From Bacteriovoracaceae bacterium (GTDB taxonomy: Bacteria; Bdellovibrionota; Bacteriovoracia; Bacteriovoracales; Bacteriovoracaceae): a DNA stretch of 64,000 bases. Shown in pieces: positions 1 through 9,339 of the stretch. The translations under genes were made by a program, and so were the position numbers. Location: positions 544,001 through 608,000 of the forward strand of contig JBLWTJ010000002.1 in NCBI GenBank assembly GCA_048270185.1, given 5' to 3'. The notes beneath the pieces were generated by a model that was not told where the DNA came from, ran no database searches, and worked only from the letters and a program-made list of their open reading frames with translations. Within the stretch, counting starts at the first letter, position 1. Every line of letters begins with the position of its first letter.

Positions 1-659
1 TCTCGCGTATAATCTTGAAGATTAAATGCCTTAATAATCTTTTGTCCTCCAACACCTTCACCAATAACATGAGTCATATCTGATAAACGTTTTTGAACAT
101 CTTCTTGGTGTGCACGTACTCTCTTTCCAAAGAATGTGAATACAAGAAGCATCAGTGGAAGAATCGCAAATGTTACAAGAGTTAGTTGCCAATCGAGATA
201 GAATGCATAACCAAGCAGGACAATTAAAGTCATTGGCTCACGAACCATCGTAATCATTCCACTAATTCCTTGAGAATAAATCATCGTATCATTTAAGATT
301 GTCGAGATAACATCACCTTGTTTTGTTGTCGTGTAGAATGAAATTGGTATATCTTGAATCTTTGAATAAATTTTACTTCTAATCTCACAAACAGCATCAT
401 TCATTGAATATTCCATCCAATAAAAATGGAAGAATCTTACAGGTAAGTTAATCAATGCAAGTAAACACAAAAGCCCAACAAGATATAAAATATCTCCCAT
501 TGTTGATTCTGCAGATAGGCCTTTAGTAAAAAGAGGTCCTATTAAAGAAACCTGGCCACCTTTAATCAAGGCCATTCCAATACCAAAGAACATACTCCCA
601 ATAACACGAGCACGATGGCGATGGATCAGTGGCCATATATTTTTAATAGTTTCAATCAT
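1..659 (-). CDS. ABC transporter permease/ATP-binding protein, MsbA-like (runs off left window edge)
   Basis: Manual translation from ATG at 659 (MIETIKNIWPLIHRHRARVMG...) gives several TM helices plus 'IYSKIQDIPISFYTTTKQGDVISTILND', 'LDWQLTL' and 'EGVGGQKIIKAFN', typical of the ABC exporter membrane domain. Confidence 0.8.
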   Translation of the reverse strand, partial: MIETIKNIWPLIHRHRARVIGSMFFGIGMALIKGGQVSLIGPLFTKGLSAESTMGDILYLVGLLCLLALINLPVRFFHFYWMEYSMNDAVCEIRSKIYSKIQDIPISFYTTTKQGDVISTILNDTMIYSQGISGMITMVREPMTLIVLLGYAFYLDWQLTLVTFAILPLMLLVFTFFGKRVRAHQEDVQKRLSDMTHVIGEGVGGQKIIKAFNLQDYTR

Positions 660-718
660 GAAAAACCCTTGCTAAATTAGAGATAGATATCTAGCTAGTT
701 TAGAACAAAATAACTAAT

Positions 719-1138
719 TTGCACACCATGTTAGGCATTATGATGGAAAAGTATTTTCAAAGACTCAGAGCACAATACCCACAAGTCTTCTTATCTGATG
801 ATAGGCTTAATCTCCTACTTAAAAATATTAGAACAGAAGAAGAATTGAAAATAATCTTTAGTTATTTAGAAAGACACTTGAAGTCTTCTCCAAGCCAAAA
901 AGAAAATGGCGAGCTACTTTTTACCTTGATTGATAAGACACAGTATTCAGTTCGCTCATGGATGGAGGCCATTATTTTATTTGATAACTGGTTAAGAGAG
1001 AGAGAAAGAAAATCAGACTTTAAAACGATGATTGGCTATATTGAATGCTCGACTCTATCCCCAGAGAATAAAGTCTTAAAATACGAACTCAAAGAGCTAG
1101 TTGAGAAAATGCTCAATGAGTTCGGCTATATCGGTTAA
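719..1138 (+). CDS. hypothetical protein (true start may be ATG near 741)
   Basis: 139-aa ORF filling the gap; no motif recognised. Confidence 0.6.
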   Translation: MHTMLGIMMEKYFQRLRAQYPQVFLSDDRLNLLLKNIRTEEELKIIFSYLERHLKSSPSQKENGELLFTLIDKTQYSVRSWMEAIILFDNWLRERERKSDFKTMIGYIECSTLSPENKVLKYELKELVEKMLNEFGYIG

Positions 1139-1139
1139 C

Positions 1140-1634
1140 TTACTTTACCATTCTAAGTGAACTTTCAATTAAATCATTATAATTACTATGCCCCCACATA
1201 ATTACCTTTTGATCTTTAATTTGATTTTTTGGATGTAAGCGATTTGCTTGTTGAAGCTGTGAGACGAAAGAATTTAACTGGTTAAGTAGTGAGTTTAGAA
1301 TTTTTTCTTCAGATTTATCAACGTAAACTTTTTGCAATTTTAAAATACGATTAGTGTTATTAGTAAAATAATTTTCGACAAGTGCGCTTGTCACTTCCTC
1401 AACCTCTTTCTTTAAGTTATCAGGCTTATTTGCTTCAATAAATTCTGTCGCCTGTGCTTCGAGAAAGTAACCACTCCCTCTTCTCTTAAGAATACCTTTC
1501 TTTGATAAGCGAATGCATAGAGCATTTACTAATGATAGCTCCATGCCGGTATCATTTGAGATTTCAAAAATTGTTCTTCCATCTTTTGTACATGCTTCAA
1601 TGATAACTCTTTCAATTAATAATAATCGATTCAT
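1140..1634 (-). CDS. hypothetical protein with N-terminal winged helix-turn-helix
   Basis: 'RTIFEISNDTGMELSLVNALCIRLSKKGILKRRGSGYFL' fits a wHTH pattern. Confidence 0.6.
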   Translation of the reverse strand: MNRLLLIERVIIEACTKDGRTIFEISNDTGMELSLVNALCIRLSKKGILKRRGSGYFLEAQATEFIEANKPDNLKKEVEEVTSALVENYFTNNTNRILKLQKVYVDKSEEKILNSLLNQLNSFVSQLQQANRLHPKNQIKDQKVIMWGHSNYNDLIESSLRMVK

Positions 1635-1641
1635 AAATATA

Positions 1642-1944
1642 CTACCTTGCCATTAAATTTCTTATTAATATTTTATTTTTTAACTCACTCATAATAAGAC
1701 GACAGTCATTTCGATTTAGGCTCATTGAATGTGATTCAAGAAAAGTTATAAGTTTAGAAATTTCAGACTCTTCACTTCCCATAACTTGCTTAATCTTAAA
1801 ATATTCACTCGTTCTAAGCTCGGCTCCATTCATGACACGAAATAACCTCGTTTGTGGAATCTCAAATAACTCACTAAACTTTTTATAAGTATGCTTTGGG
1901 TACCTCTTTCTCACTTCTTTAAATAATTCAATTTGCTGATTCAT
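1642..1944 (-). CDS. small HTH (XRE/Cro-like) protein
   Basis: 'TYKKFSELFEIPQTRLFRVMNG' is HTH-like; strong SD AGGAGG upstream. Confidence 0.6.
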   Translation of the reverse strand: MNQQIELFKEVRKRYPKHTYKKFSELFEIPQTRLFRVMNGAELRTSEYFKIKQVMGSEESEISKLITFLESHSMSLNRNDCRLIMSELKNKILIRNLMAR

Positions 1945-2056
1945 ACTCCCTCCTATTGGCGAGAAATTAATTCAAGCTGTCGTAAATTACGAGACATGTC
2001 GAAAATGGTGATTTCTGTTTTTCTATTGATGAAAAATATGTTTTGATTAATGGAAT

Positions 2057-2836
2057 ATGTTTAATTTTACAGTGATTTCTTCAAATATTCGCTTTAACAA
2101 TCCTGCTGATGGAGTCCACTCTTGGGATGGACGCCGTAATATCCTTGCAAATGCCTTAAATCACTATCAACCCGATATAATTGGAACGCAGGAAGGCTGG
2201 GAGCCACAATTAAGAGATCTTGAAGAACTCTTGGACGGACTGAATATCATTGATAATAATCGTGAATGGATTGATGATCGAATGTATCCATCAATTTACT
2301 ATCGTCCCGATAAATTTGAATATGTTGACTCTGGTGATATTTGGCTATCTGAAACACCTTATGTTGCCGCATCTAAGTCTTTTGATAGCGCCTTTCCTAG
2401 ACTTTGTACTTGGGCCATTTTAAAGGCAAAAGAGATTGGAAAGCATTACTTCTTTGTAAATGCCCACCTTGATCATCTTGAAACAAAGACGAGACAAGAA
2501 CAGATTAAAGTTTTAATTGATGAGATAAAGAAAGTTCGCGCAGATTATCCAGTGATTCTCACGGGAGACTTTAATGAGTCACCATTTGAAAAAGTACGTA
2601 TGATTCTCGATCATAGTGACTTAAATCTTGTTGATCCATGGTTTATGCAAAAGCATGAAGAGTGTGAAAGCCATCACAGCTTCAAAGGGACCCGCGAAGA
2701 TGGTTCTCGAATTGATTGGATTCTTCACTCAAAAGGGACATTGGGTTGTATCCAAATTCACCTTCATAAAGAAAATGAAAATGGAATTTACCCATCAGAT
2801 CACTTCCCTGTCGTGGCAACACTATCTGCTAAGTGA
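2057..2836 (+). CDS. endonuclease/exonuclease/phosphatase (EEP) family protein
   Basis: Motifs SNIR, DIIGTQE, NAHLD, GDFN, RIDWI, SDHFPV. Confidence 0.9.
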   Translation: MFNFTVISSNIRFNNPADGVHSWDGRRNILANALNHYQPDIIGTQEGWEPQLRDLEELLDGLNIIDNNREWIDDRMYPSIYYRPDKFEYVDSGDIWLSETPYVAASKSFDSAFPRLCTWAILKAKEIGKHYFFVNAHLDHLETKTRQEQIKVLIDEIKKVRADYPVILTGDFNESPFEKVRMILDHSDLNLVDPWFMQKHEECESHHSFKGTREDGSRIDWILHSKGTLGCIQIHLHKENENGIYPSDHFPVVATLSAK

Positions 2837-3702
2837 ATATAAGTTTCAATTCCATTCTTAGTATTAGTGACAATATCGTCGCTTGGTGACCACTTACCTT
2901 TTTCTCCAATAACAATAACAGTTGATCCACCAAAGAGAAAATAACCTTTCTCATCTCCTCTGTTAAATGACTTCAGATCACTACTTTGAACAATTCGACC
3001 AACCATCGTTGCACCAACTTCAACATAGGCAAGCTTTCCAAATTCTTTCGTTTCAAGAATAGTCACTTCACGAATATTCGTTGAAAAAATATCATTTTTC
3101 TTTTTTAAAGCAATTGGATTAACAGAATGATAACCACCACCGATTTTATAGTAGTCAATAACTTCACCATCAAGGGGATAATGAAAACGGTGATAATCAA
3201 CAGGGCAAAGACGAGCTAATAAAAGTGGCCCATCCTTAAAGGTTTCTTCCCATTTAATATTTTGTAGAAGTTCTTTAGAATTTAAAAACTTACCCTTTAC
3301 AGGAATGGTATCCGAATCTGAAATTGATTCATATCCAAAATAGCGGGCTTCAGAAAAAGCTGACATTATATTTGGTTCATTATTAAATACTCTCTTTCCT
3401 TCTTTAAAGCGGCGAATAAAGAATTCATTGAAGCTTCCATAAGGATCATCAAGAGAGCGACCTTCACTTGGAAGAAAGTCGTCCATTTCAATCTGATAAT
3501 CTTTAACAAACCCTGGTACTTTATTCTTAGTAAAATTCATATTCTGAAGTTCACCGTAAATACAAGATACAACAGACGAAGTGATCACCCCTGAAACTAG
3601 TTTACCGACAGGATTATCATAGAGAAAATTAATAGCACCATCTCCATAGACCTTTTCTACTTCTAAATTATTTGTATAACGATTAAAATATTGAATATCC
3701 AA
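2800..3702 (-). CDS. psd: phosphatidylserine decarboxylase
   Basis: FNEFFIRR, RLCPVDYHRFH and the FGGST autocleavage motif; TTG start with GAGG SD. Confidence 0.92.
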   Translation of the reverse strand: MDIQYFNRYTNNLEVEKVYGDGAINFLYDNPVGKLVSGVITSSVVSCIYGELQNMNFTKNKVPGFVKDYQIEMDDFLPSEGRSLDDPYGSFNEFFIRRFKEGKRVFNNEPNIMSAFSEARYFGYESISDSDTIPVKGKFLNSKELLQNIKWEETFKDGPLLLARLCPVDYHRFHYPLDGEVIDYYKIGGGYHSVNPIALKKKNDIFSTNIREVTILETKEFGKLAYVEVGATMVGRIVQSSDLKSFNRGDEKGYFLFGGSTVIVIGEKGKWSPSDDIVTNTKNGIETYIHLADSVATTGK

Positions 3703-3803
3703 AGATGACCTCTTTTTTCTTACAAAAAATTGACAATTCTGTGTGGTAGAATTTTTATAATATGATTATATATGTATAATGAAATGAGCGTCAAAAAGAG
3801 ATA

Positions 3804-4910
3804 ATGAGGAATATTATGAAAAGCACAACTAAGCTGATCTTTTTAGTTTTTATTTTATTTACTTCCCTAAATTCAAAAGCATTATTCGATGAAAATAGGG
3901 CCATTCTTGAGAGTGAGAAGAATACTATTTCAGTCTTCGAAAACTCAGTTAATTCAGTGGTCAATATCTCGACTCTAAGTAAAATGAGACTTAGACGTGG
4001 TTTCTTGTACGGCACTACAATGACGAAAGAAATTGTAAAAGGAGAAGGCTCAGGTTGGGTCTGGGATAACGAGGGACATATTATTACAAATTTTCACGTT
4101 GTTGAAGGTGGAGATGACTTTCTCGTGCGCTTCAATGATAACAAGAAGCAATATAAAGCAAAGCTTATTGGTACTGAGCCTGATAAAGATATTGCAGTCT
4201 TAAAGCTATTAGAGATTCCAAGAAATATCACTCCTCTAAAAAGAGGTGATTCAGATAAAGTTCAAGTTGGCCAGAAGGCCATCGCCATTGGTTCACCATT
4301 TGGACTTGAAGCAACTGTTACAACAGGTATTGTTTCAGCAAAGAATCGCGGTATCGAAGGTATAGGTGGTGTTGAAATTCGCGGAATGATTCAAACTGAT
4401 ACTTCAATTAACCCGGGAAACTCAGGTGGACCTCTATTTGATTCTTCAGGAAAAGTTATTGGTGTTAACACAATGATCTTTTCGAGTTCGGGATCTTCAG
4501 CAGGGATTGGTTTTGCCATCCCAATCAATATCGTGAGTAAAATCGTTCCTCAAATTATCAAGTATGGAATGTTTAAGCGACCTGGGCTAGGAATCGCCAT
4601 TGCAGAAAAAAGAAAGCTATCTTATTTCTTTGGTATTGAAATTGAAAAAGGTATTCCAGTCGAAAGTGTTAGACCAAACGGTGGTGCTGACCGCGCTGGG
4701 ATCAGAGGCTTAATTCAAGACCCACAAACGAGACAAGTGACTCTAGGAGATATTATCTTAAAAATTGATGGTAAAGAAGTTAATAGCTACGATGATATCC
4801 TAAATATTCTCTATGAATACAAAGTTGGAGATAACGTTGAAGTTCTTCTTAAAAGAGGTACAGCTCTTAAGAAAGTAAAAATTAAATTAGAAGAAATTAA
4901 AAGACGTTAA
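3804..4910 (+). CDS. HtrA/Deg-family trypsin-like serine protease with one PDZ domain
   Basis: TNFHVV (His), DIAVLK (Asp), INPGNSGGPL (Ser); signal peptide; C-terminal GDIILKIDG PDZ. Confidence 0.93.
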   Translation: MRNIMKSTTKLIFLVFILFTSLNSKALFDENRAILESEKNTISVFENSVNSVVNISTLSKMRLRRGFLYGTTMTKEIVKGEGSGWVWDNEGHIITNFHVVEGGDDFLVRFNDNKKQYKAKLIGTEPDKDIAVLKLLEIPRNITPLKRGDSDKVQVGQKAIAIGSPFGLEATVTTGIVSAKNRGIEGIGGVEIRGMIQTDTSINPGNSGGPLFDSSGKVIGVNTMIFSSSGSSAGIGFAIPINIVSKIVPQIIKYGMFKRPGLGIAIAEKRKLSYFFGIEIEKGIPVESVRPNGGADRAGIRGLIQDPQTRQVTLGDIILKIDGKEVNSYDDILNILYEYKVGDNVEVLLKRGTALKKVKIKLEEIKRR

Positions 4911-5828
4911 CTAAGACTTTTTAAATAGTTGGAGTGCTAAAACTGGTGCTCCAACACATGCAGTAATTGCACCAATTGGAATAATCGAGTTCTCAAGTAT
5001 CACTCTCGATAATAAATCACAGACAACCAAAAAACCTCCCCCCACAAGAAAGCTAGGTATGATATTCTTTTCATAATTTGCACTAAATGTTCTTTTAACG
5101 ACATGAGGAATGATTAGGCCAACAAATCCAATCGGACCACATTGCCAAACAATTAAAGCAATTAAGAGATTAGAAATAAGAATTAATGTCGCATTTACTC
5201 TTTTTGTATTAACACCACGACTTTGCGCGAAGTCTTCACCAATTGATATTAATGCAAGATTTCTTCGATTAATAATAAAGACAAATAACCCTATTACGTA
5301 GAGTGGGATTGTGTATATCAGAGAGTCGAATCCAACAATAGAGAGGCTTCCCATCATCCATCTAATTAGACGAGCAATACTCTCATTTCCCAGTAAACTT
5401 TGAATAAAAACAATTGCACTTGAAGAAAAGATCGATAAACACACGCCAAAAAGAAGAATTCGCTGTGCCGTAAAGTTTCTAAGATAGAGAAACAAAAGAA
5501 TGATTAGAAATATCGAAGCCAGTGCAATATAAGCACTAAGAGAAAAGCTTTGAAATCCTAGTTCGGCAATTGCTAGTCCAAGAGCTGCAACACTTGAAAA
5601 GCCTAATGTATACGGTGTCGCCAGCGGGTTTCTAAAAATAACTTGAGTGGTATTTCCAATAACAGAAAGAATTCCTCCAACAATAAATGCTAAATAGACT
5701 CTAGGAAAGCGTAAATTCTCCAAGATATAAATACCTTGCTTATCAAAATCAATTAAACCATCACGTCCTAAAAAAGGTGCGATGATTGCAACGACGACAG
5801 AGAGGATTATCAATATACTCTTCTTCAC
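4911..5828 (-). CDS. FecCD/BtuC-family ABC permease
   Basis: LRFPRV, FRNPLATPYTLG, IGFVGLIIPH, IPIGAITACVGAP. Confidence 0.9.
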   Translation of the reverse strand: MKKSILIILSVVVAIIAPFLGRDGLIDFDKQGIYILENLRFPRVYLAFIVGGILSVIGNTTQVIFRNPLATPYTLGFSSVAALGLAIAELGFQSFSLSAYIALASIFLIILLFLYLRNFTAQRILLFGVCLSIFSSSAIVFIQSLLGNESIARLIRWMMGSLSIVGFDSLIYTIPLYVIGLFVFIINRRNLALISIGEDFAQSRGVNTKRVNATLILISNLLIALIVWQCGPIGFVGLIIPHVVKRTFSANYEKNIIPSFLVGGGFLVVCDLLSRVILENSIIPIGAITACVGAPVLALQLFKKS

Positions 5829-6490
5829 AGGATATACTGCCTTCCATTTAGTTGCTCATAACGAAATGACTTCTTAAACACTTTATCAAAAACCTGATCA
5901 TCTATTGCTCTTTTTAAAGATGCACAATAGTCAGCACGCCCATCGATGACTGTTATTAAATTTTTAACATTCTCACAAATAAAGTTTAGATCATGTGAGA
6001 CGATAAAGACCTTTTTTTTCCAGTCTTTTATATATTCACTTAACTTATCAACATAAATTGGATCAAGATAATTTGTCGGCTCATCTAAGAAAGTATATTC
6101 ACAATCTAGATAGAATGCACAAACAAGGTTAACTCGTTGCTTTTCTCCACCACTTAACTTTGAAAGAGGACGAGAGAGTAATGTTTCTAACATAAAGTGC
6201 GAGACTAATTGATTAAGAAAAGAGCTATCCTGAGCTTTATTACCACGAGCATAAAAGAGTATGTCACTAACAACCATGTCTCCTTCAAGGCTTGAAGCCT
6301 CTCCACAGAATGAAATATCACTATCGACAACAATACTACCATCATATGTAATCAAATTAGCAATGGCCTTAAGTAAACTCGATTTCCCGGCCCCATTAGG
6401 TCCAACAATACCGTAAGAGTTCTCCTTAAGCTCCAATTGCTTAACTTGAATTCTTTGATTAATTTTTAGGTCATTTATTAAAATCATCAA
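5825..6490 (-). CDS. iron-siderophore/cobalamin ABC ATPase
   Basis: Walker A GPNGAGKS, LSGGEKQR, LDEPT, SHD. Confidence 0.9.
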   Translation of the reverse strand: MMILINDLKINQRIQVKQLELKENSYGIVGPNGAGKSSLLKAIANLITYDGSIVVDSDISFCGEASSLEGDMVVSDILFYARGNKAQDSSFLNQLVSHFMLETLLSRPLSKLSGGEKQRVNLVCAFYLDCEYTFLDEPTNYLDPIYVDKLSEYIKDWKKKVFIVSHDLNFICENVKNLITVIDGRADYCASLKRAIDDQVFDKVFKKSFRYEQLNGRQYIL

Positions 6491-6495
6491 AATTT

Positions 6496-7281
6496 CTATC
6501 TAAGTTGTGTTTTAAATTCATTAATTAGTTTTAGAACTCTTGGTCCTAAAACTACAGCATAGTCTTTTGAAATATATCTTATTTTATCCTTGAAAAGTGA
6601 TTTCTTCCAGTCAGCTGAAATGGCCTGGCTTCCATCCGAAATTCTAATGATGAGGTCAAATTTTGACTTGAGAAGATTTTCAATAGAGCGAATAGGATAT
6701 CCTTCACTCTCTGTCACATTTGTACCGCCAAGACCCTTTAAAATTTCATCAAAGTAATTATTTGAGCCAATGGCACGCACTTCATGTAATTTACCATTTT
6801 TAAATGTTTCACCAATAATGAGAAGAACCTTCTTCTGGGTCCAAAGAGGGTTCAGTGCGAGTTTTAATTTCCTTTCAAAATCATCAATGACTTTATCCTT
6901 ACCAAGTGACAATTTACTATTAATCATTCTTAGCATCTCAACACTATCATTGAGTTTCTTATAAGGAGGAATGATAACCTCTAGACCTAGCTTCTTCAGA
7001 TCTCTTTCAACCCTCGCTCCCTGTACTCGAGCAAGTAATACAGTTGTCACCTTCTCTTTTACTAAGCGCTCCAAGCTCATCTCAAATGATGAACCGTAGC
7101 GTGGAAGCTTCTTGGCCTCTAGTGGATAATTACAATACTCTGAAACACCGACAAGTAAGTCCTGGGCCCCAAGAAAGTACATAGACTCTGTATAACTTGG
7201 AAGGGTTGATAAAACACGTTTCGAATTTGCGGATAAAGAAAATGAAAGGAAGGCGCAGAATAATAAGAATAGAATTCTCAC
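6496..7281 (-). CDS. BtuF-like periplasmic binding protein
   Basis: Signal peptide; 'STLPSYTESMYFLGAQDLLVGVSEYCNYP' and C-terminal GPR typical of BtuF. Confidence 0.82.
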   Translation of the reverse strand: MRILFLLFCAFLSFSLSANSKRVLSTLPSYTESMYFLGAQDLLVGVSEYCNYPLEAKKLPRYGSSFEMSLERLVKEKVTTVLLARVQGARVERDLKKLGLEVIIPPYKKLNDSVEMLRMINSKLSLGKDKVIDDFERKLKLALNPLWTQKKVLLIIGETFKNGKLHEVRAIGSNNYFDEILKGLGGTNVTESEGYPIRSIENLLKSKFDLIIRISDGSQAISADWKKSLFKDKIRYISKDYAVVLGPRVLKLINEFKTQLR

Positions 7282-7291
7282 GCCAACCTCA

Positions 7292-8302
7292 TTACTTCAT
7301 TTTTGGATCAAGTGCATCTCTTACTCCATCTCCAACGAGTACGAGTAGGAAAAGACTTGTAAATAGTGCTCCAGATGGGAAGAGAGCTAACCACCAAGCA
7401 ATTGTAAAATTCTTATGGGCCTGTGCCAGTAGTTCCCCCCATGAAGGAGTTGGAACAGCAAGACCAAAACCAAGATAATCAAGAGAAGCAAGTCCTGAAA
7501 CACCTGCTGCAATTGTAAAAGGTGCGAAAGTAATAATCGGACCTAGTGAGTTTGGTAGAATGTGTTTGATAATAATTCTTGTAGTCGATGCCCCCATACC
7601 ACGAGCAGCTTCAACGAACTCTTGCTTTCTATTCTTTAAAAATTCACCACGAGCATAGTAACTAACACCCATCCACCCAAAGATTGACGAGATAACAATT
7701 AGTAGAATAAGAGTTGGCTTAAAGATCGAAATCAGAGTTAGCAGTAGAAGGAAAACAGGTACAGTGCTGAAGATTTCAACGACACGTTGCCCGAAGAAAT
7801 CCACTTTTCCACCGAAGTAGCCCATGATTCCACCAAAGAAAACACCAAGAATAGTCGAAAGAAGCCAAACAAGAAATGCATAAGCAATTGAATACTTATA
7901 TCCATAAAGAAGACGAGTAAAAACATCACGTCCCCTATCATCTGTCCCCATAATATTAATATCACTTGGAGGAGATGGATACGTGTATACATCTTTATTC
8001 GATTCATATGGATCCCATTTAACCATTGGCCAAATAGCACTATCCATTTCTAACTTGCGGTAATTCACAACAAAAGTATTTGTGATTCCAAACTCTTTTG
8101 GATGGTAATCATTAAACACAGGAAAGTACGACTTTCCTTGGTATGTCATGTAGATCGGCTTATTATTTGCGATAATAGGCGAAATCAGAGTTAAGAATAA
8201 CGAAAAGAGAAGAGCTGTACTTGCAAATACTGCTGACTTTCTTCTTTTAAAACGTCTCCATCTCTTAAGTGTAAGTTCGTTATCAATAAATTTTTCAATC
8301 AT
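7292..8302 (-). CDS. oligopeptide ABC permease (YejE/OppC-like)
   Basis: GTDDRGRDVFTRLLYG, EAARGMGA, LDYLGFGL-PTPSWGELL. Confidence 0.9.
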   Translation of the reverse strand: MIEKFIDNELTLKRWRRFKRRKSAVFASTALLFSLFLTLISPIIANNKPIYMTYQGKSYFPVFNDYHPKEFGITNTFVVNYRKLEMDSAIWPMVKWDPYESNKDVYTYPSPPSDINIMGTDDRGRDVFTRLLYGYKYSIAYAFLVWLLSTILGVFFGGIMGYFGGKVDFFGQRVVEIFSTVPVFLLLLTLISIFKPTLILLIVISSIFGWMGVSYYARGEFLKNRKQEFVEAARGMGASTTRIIIKHILPNSLGPIITFAPFTIAAGVSGLASLDYLGFGLAVPTPSWGELLAQAHKNFTIAWWLALFPSGALFTSLFLLVLVGDGVRDALDPKMK

Positions 8303-9324
8303 GAGAAATCAATCCTTGGATCAACAACAGTGTATAGAATATCACTGATTAAATTTCCTAAGAACATGAGAACAGTCTGAATAAAGAACAGTCCCATAAT
8401 TACATTATAATCTCTTTCAAGAAGTGATTGGTAACCAAGAAGCCCAAGGCCATCTAAGTTAAAAATCGTTTCAATAAGAAGTGACCCAGCAAAGAACATT
8501 GATAAGAAGTGACCAAACCCAGTAACAATTGGAATTAGTGCATTTCTTAGAGCGTGCTTATAATAAACCATCTTATCAGCAAGACCTTTTGCTCTGGCCG
8601 TACGTACATAGTCTTGAGAGATTACATCTAACATTGAGTTCTTCATAAGAAGTGTTAGAACAGTAAACTGACCAATCATATAAGCGATAAGTGGAAGAAC
8701 AAAGTGCCACACTCTATCAGCGATCTGTCCGAAGAAAGAAAGATCATCATAATTGTCAGAAACTAAATCACCGATAGGGAACCAGTCAACAAAGCTTCCT
8801 CCAGCGAAGTATACAAGAAGTAAAATACCAAGCATGAAGGATGGAATTGAATAAAGTCCAGATAGAATAAATGATGATACTCCATCAAACTTAGTTCCAT
8901 TCTTCACGGCCTTAAGCACCCCTAGTGGAATACAAATTAAGTACGACATAAAGAATGAAATCACACCAAATTGAATTGATACAGGTAGCTTACTTAAAAC
9001 AACATCAAGAACCGGCTCTTCATAAGTAAATGATTCACCAAAGTCTAGACGTGATAAATTTTTAAGCCAAATAAAGTATCTTACGTGAACAGGCTTATCA
9101 AAACCGTACTGTTTATTAAGGGCCTCAATTACTTCTTGAGAAACAGCTCCATTACTCGAGCTAGAATCTGTTGAACTTTGTCCAACGCCACCAAATCTCA
9201 TCTGTTGTAGTTTTTGTTCAACAGGTGAACCTGGGGCAAGGTTAATCATCCCAAACATAATAATCGTGACCCCAAGCATAGTTGGGATCATGATCATTAA
9301 TCTTCTAAGTATATAATTAAACAA
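8299..9324 (-). CDS. oligopeptide ABC permease (YejB/OppB-like)
   Basis: YGFDKP, DFGESF, DYVRTARAKGL, KHALRNA, DPRIDF. Confidence 0.9.
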   Translation of the reverse strand: MFNYILRRLMIMIPTMLGVTIIMFGMINLAPGSPVEQKLQQMRFGGVGQSSTDSSSSNGAVSQEVIEALNKQYGFDKPVHVRYFIWLKNLSRLDFGESFTYEEPVLDVVLSKLPVSIQFGVISFFMSYLICIPLGVLKAVKNGTKFDGVSSFILSGLYSIPSFMLGILLLVYFAGGSFVDWFPIGDLVSDNYDDLSFFGQIADRVWHFVLPLIAYMIGQFTVLTLLMKNSMLDVISQDYVRTARAKGLADKMVYYKHALRNALIPIVTGFGHFLSMFFAGSLLIETIFNLDGLGLLGYQSLLERDYNVIMGLFFIQTVLMFLGNLISDILYTVVDPRIDFS

Positions 9325-9339
9325 CGTTACTCTCCTAAA

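Noticed and set aside
4932..4940. CIRCE half-site GAGTGCTAA
   Set aside because: Inside a CDS, no matching left half, far from chaperone genes.
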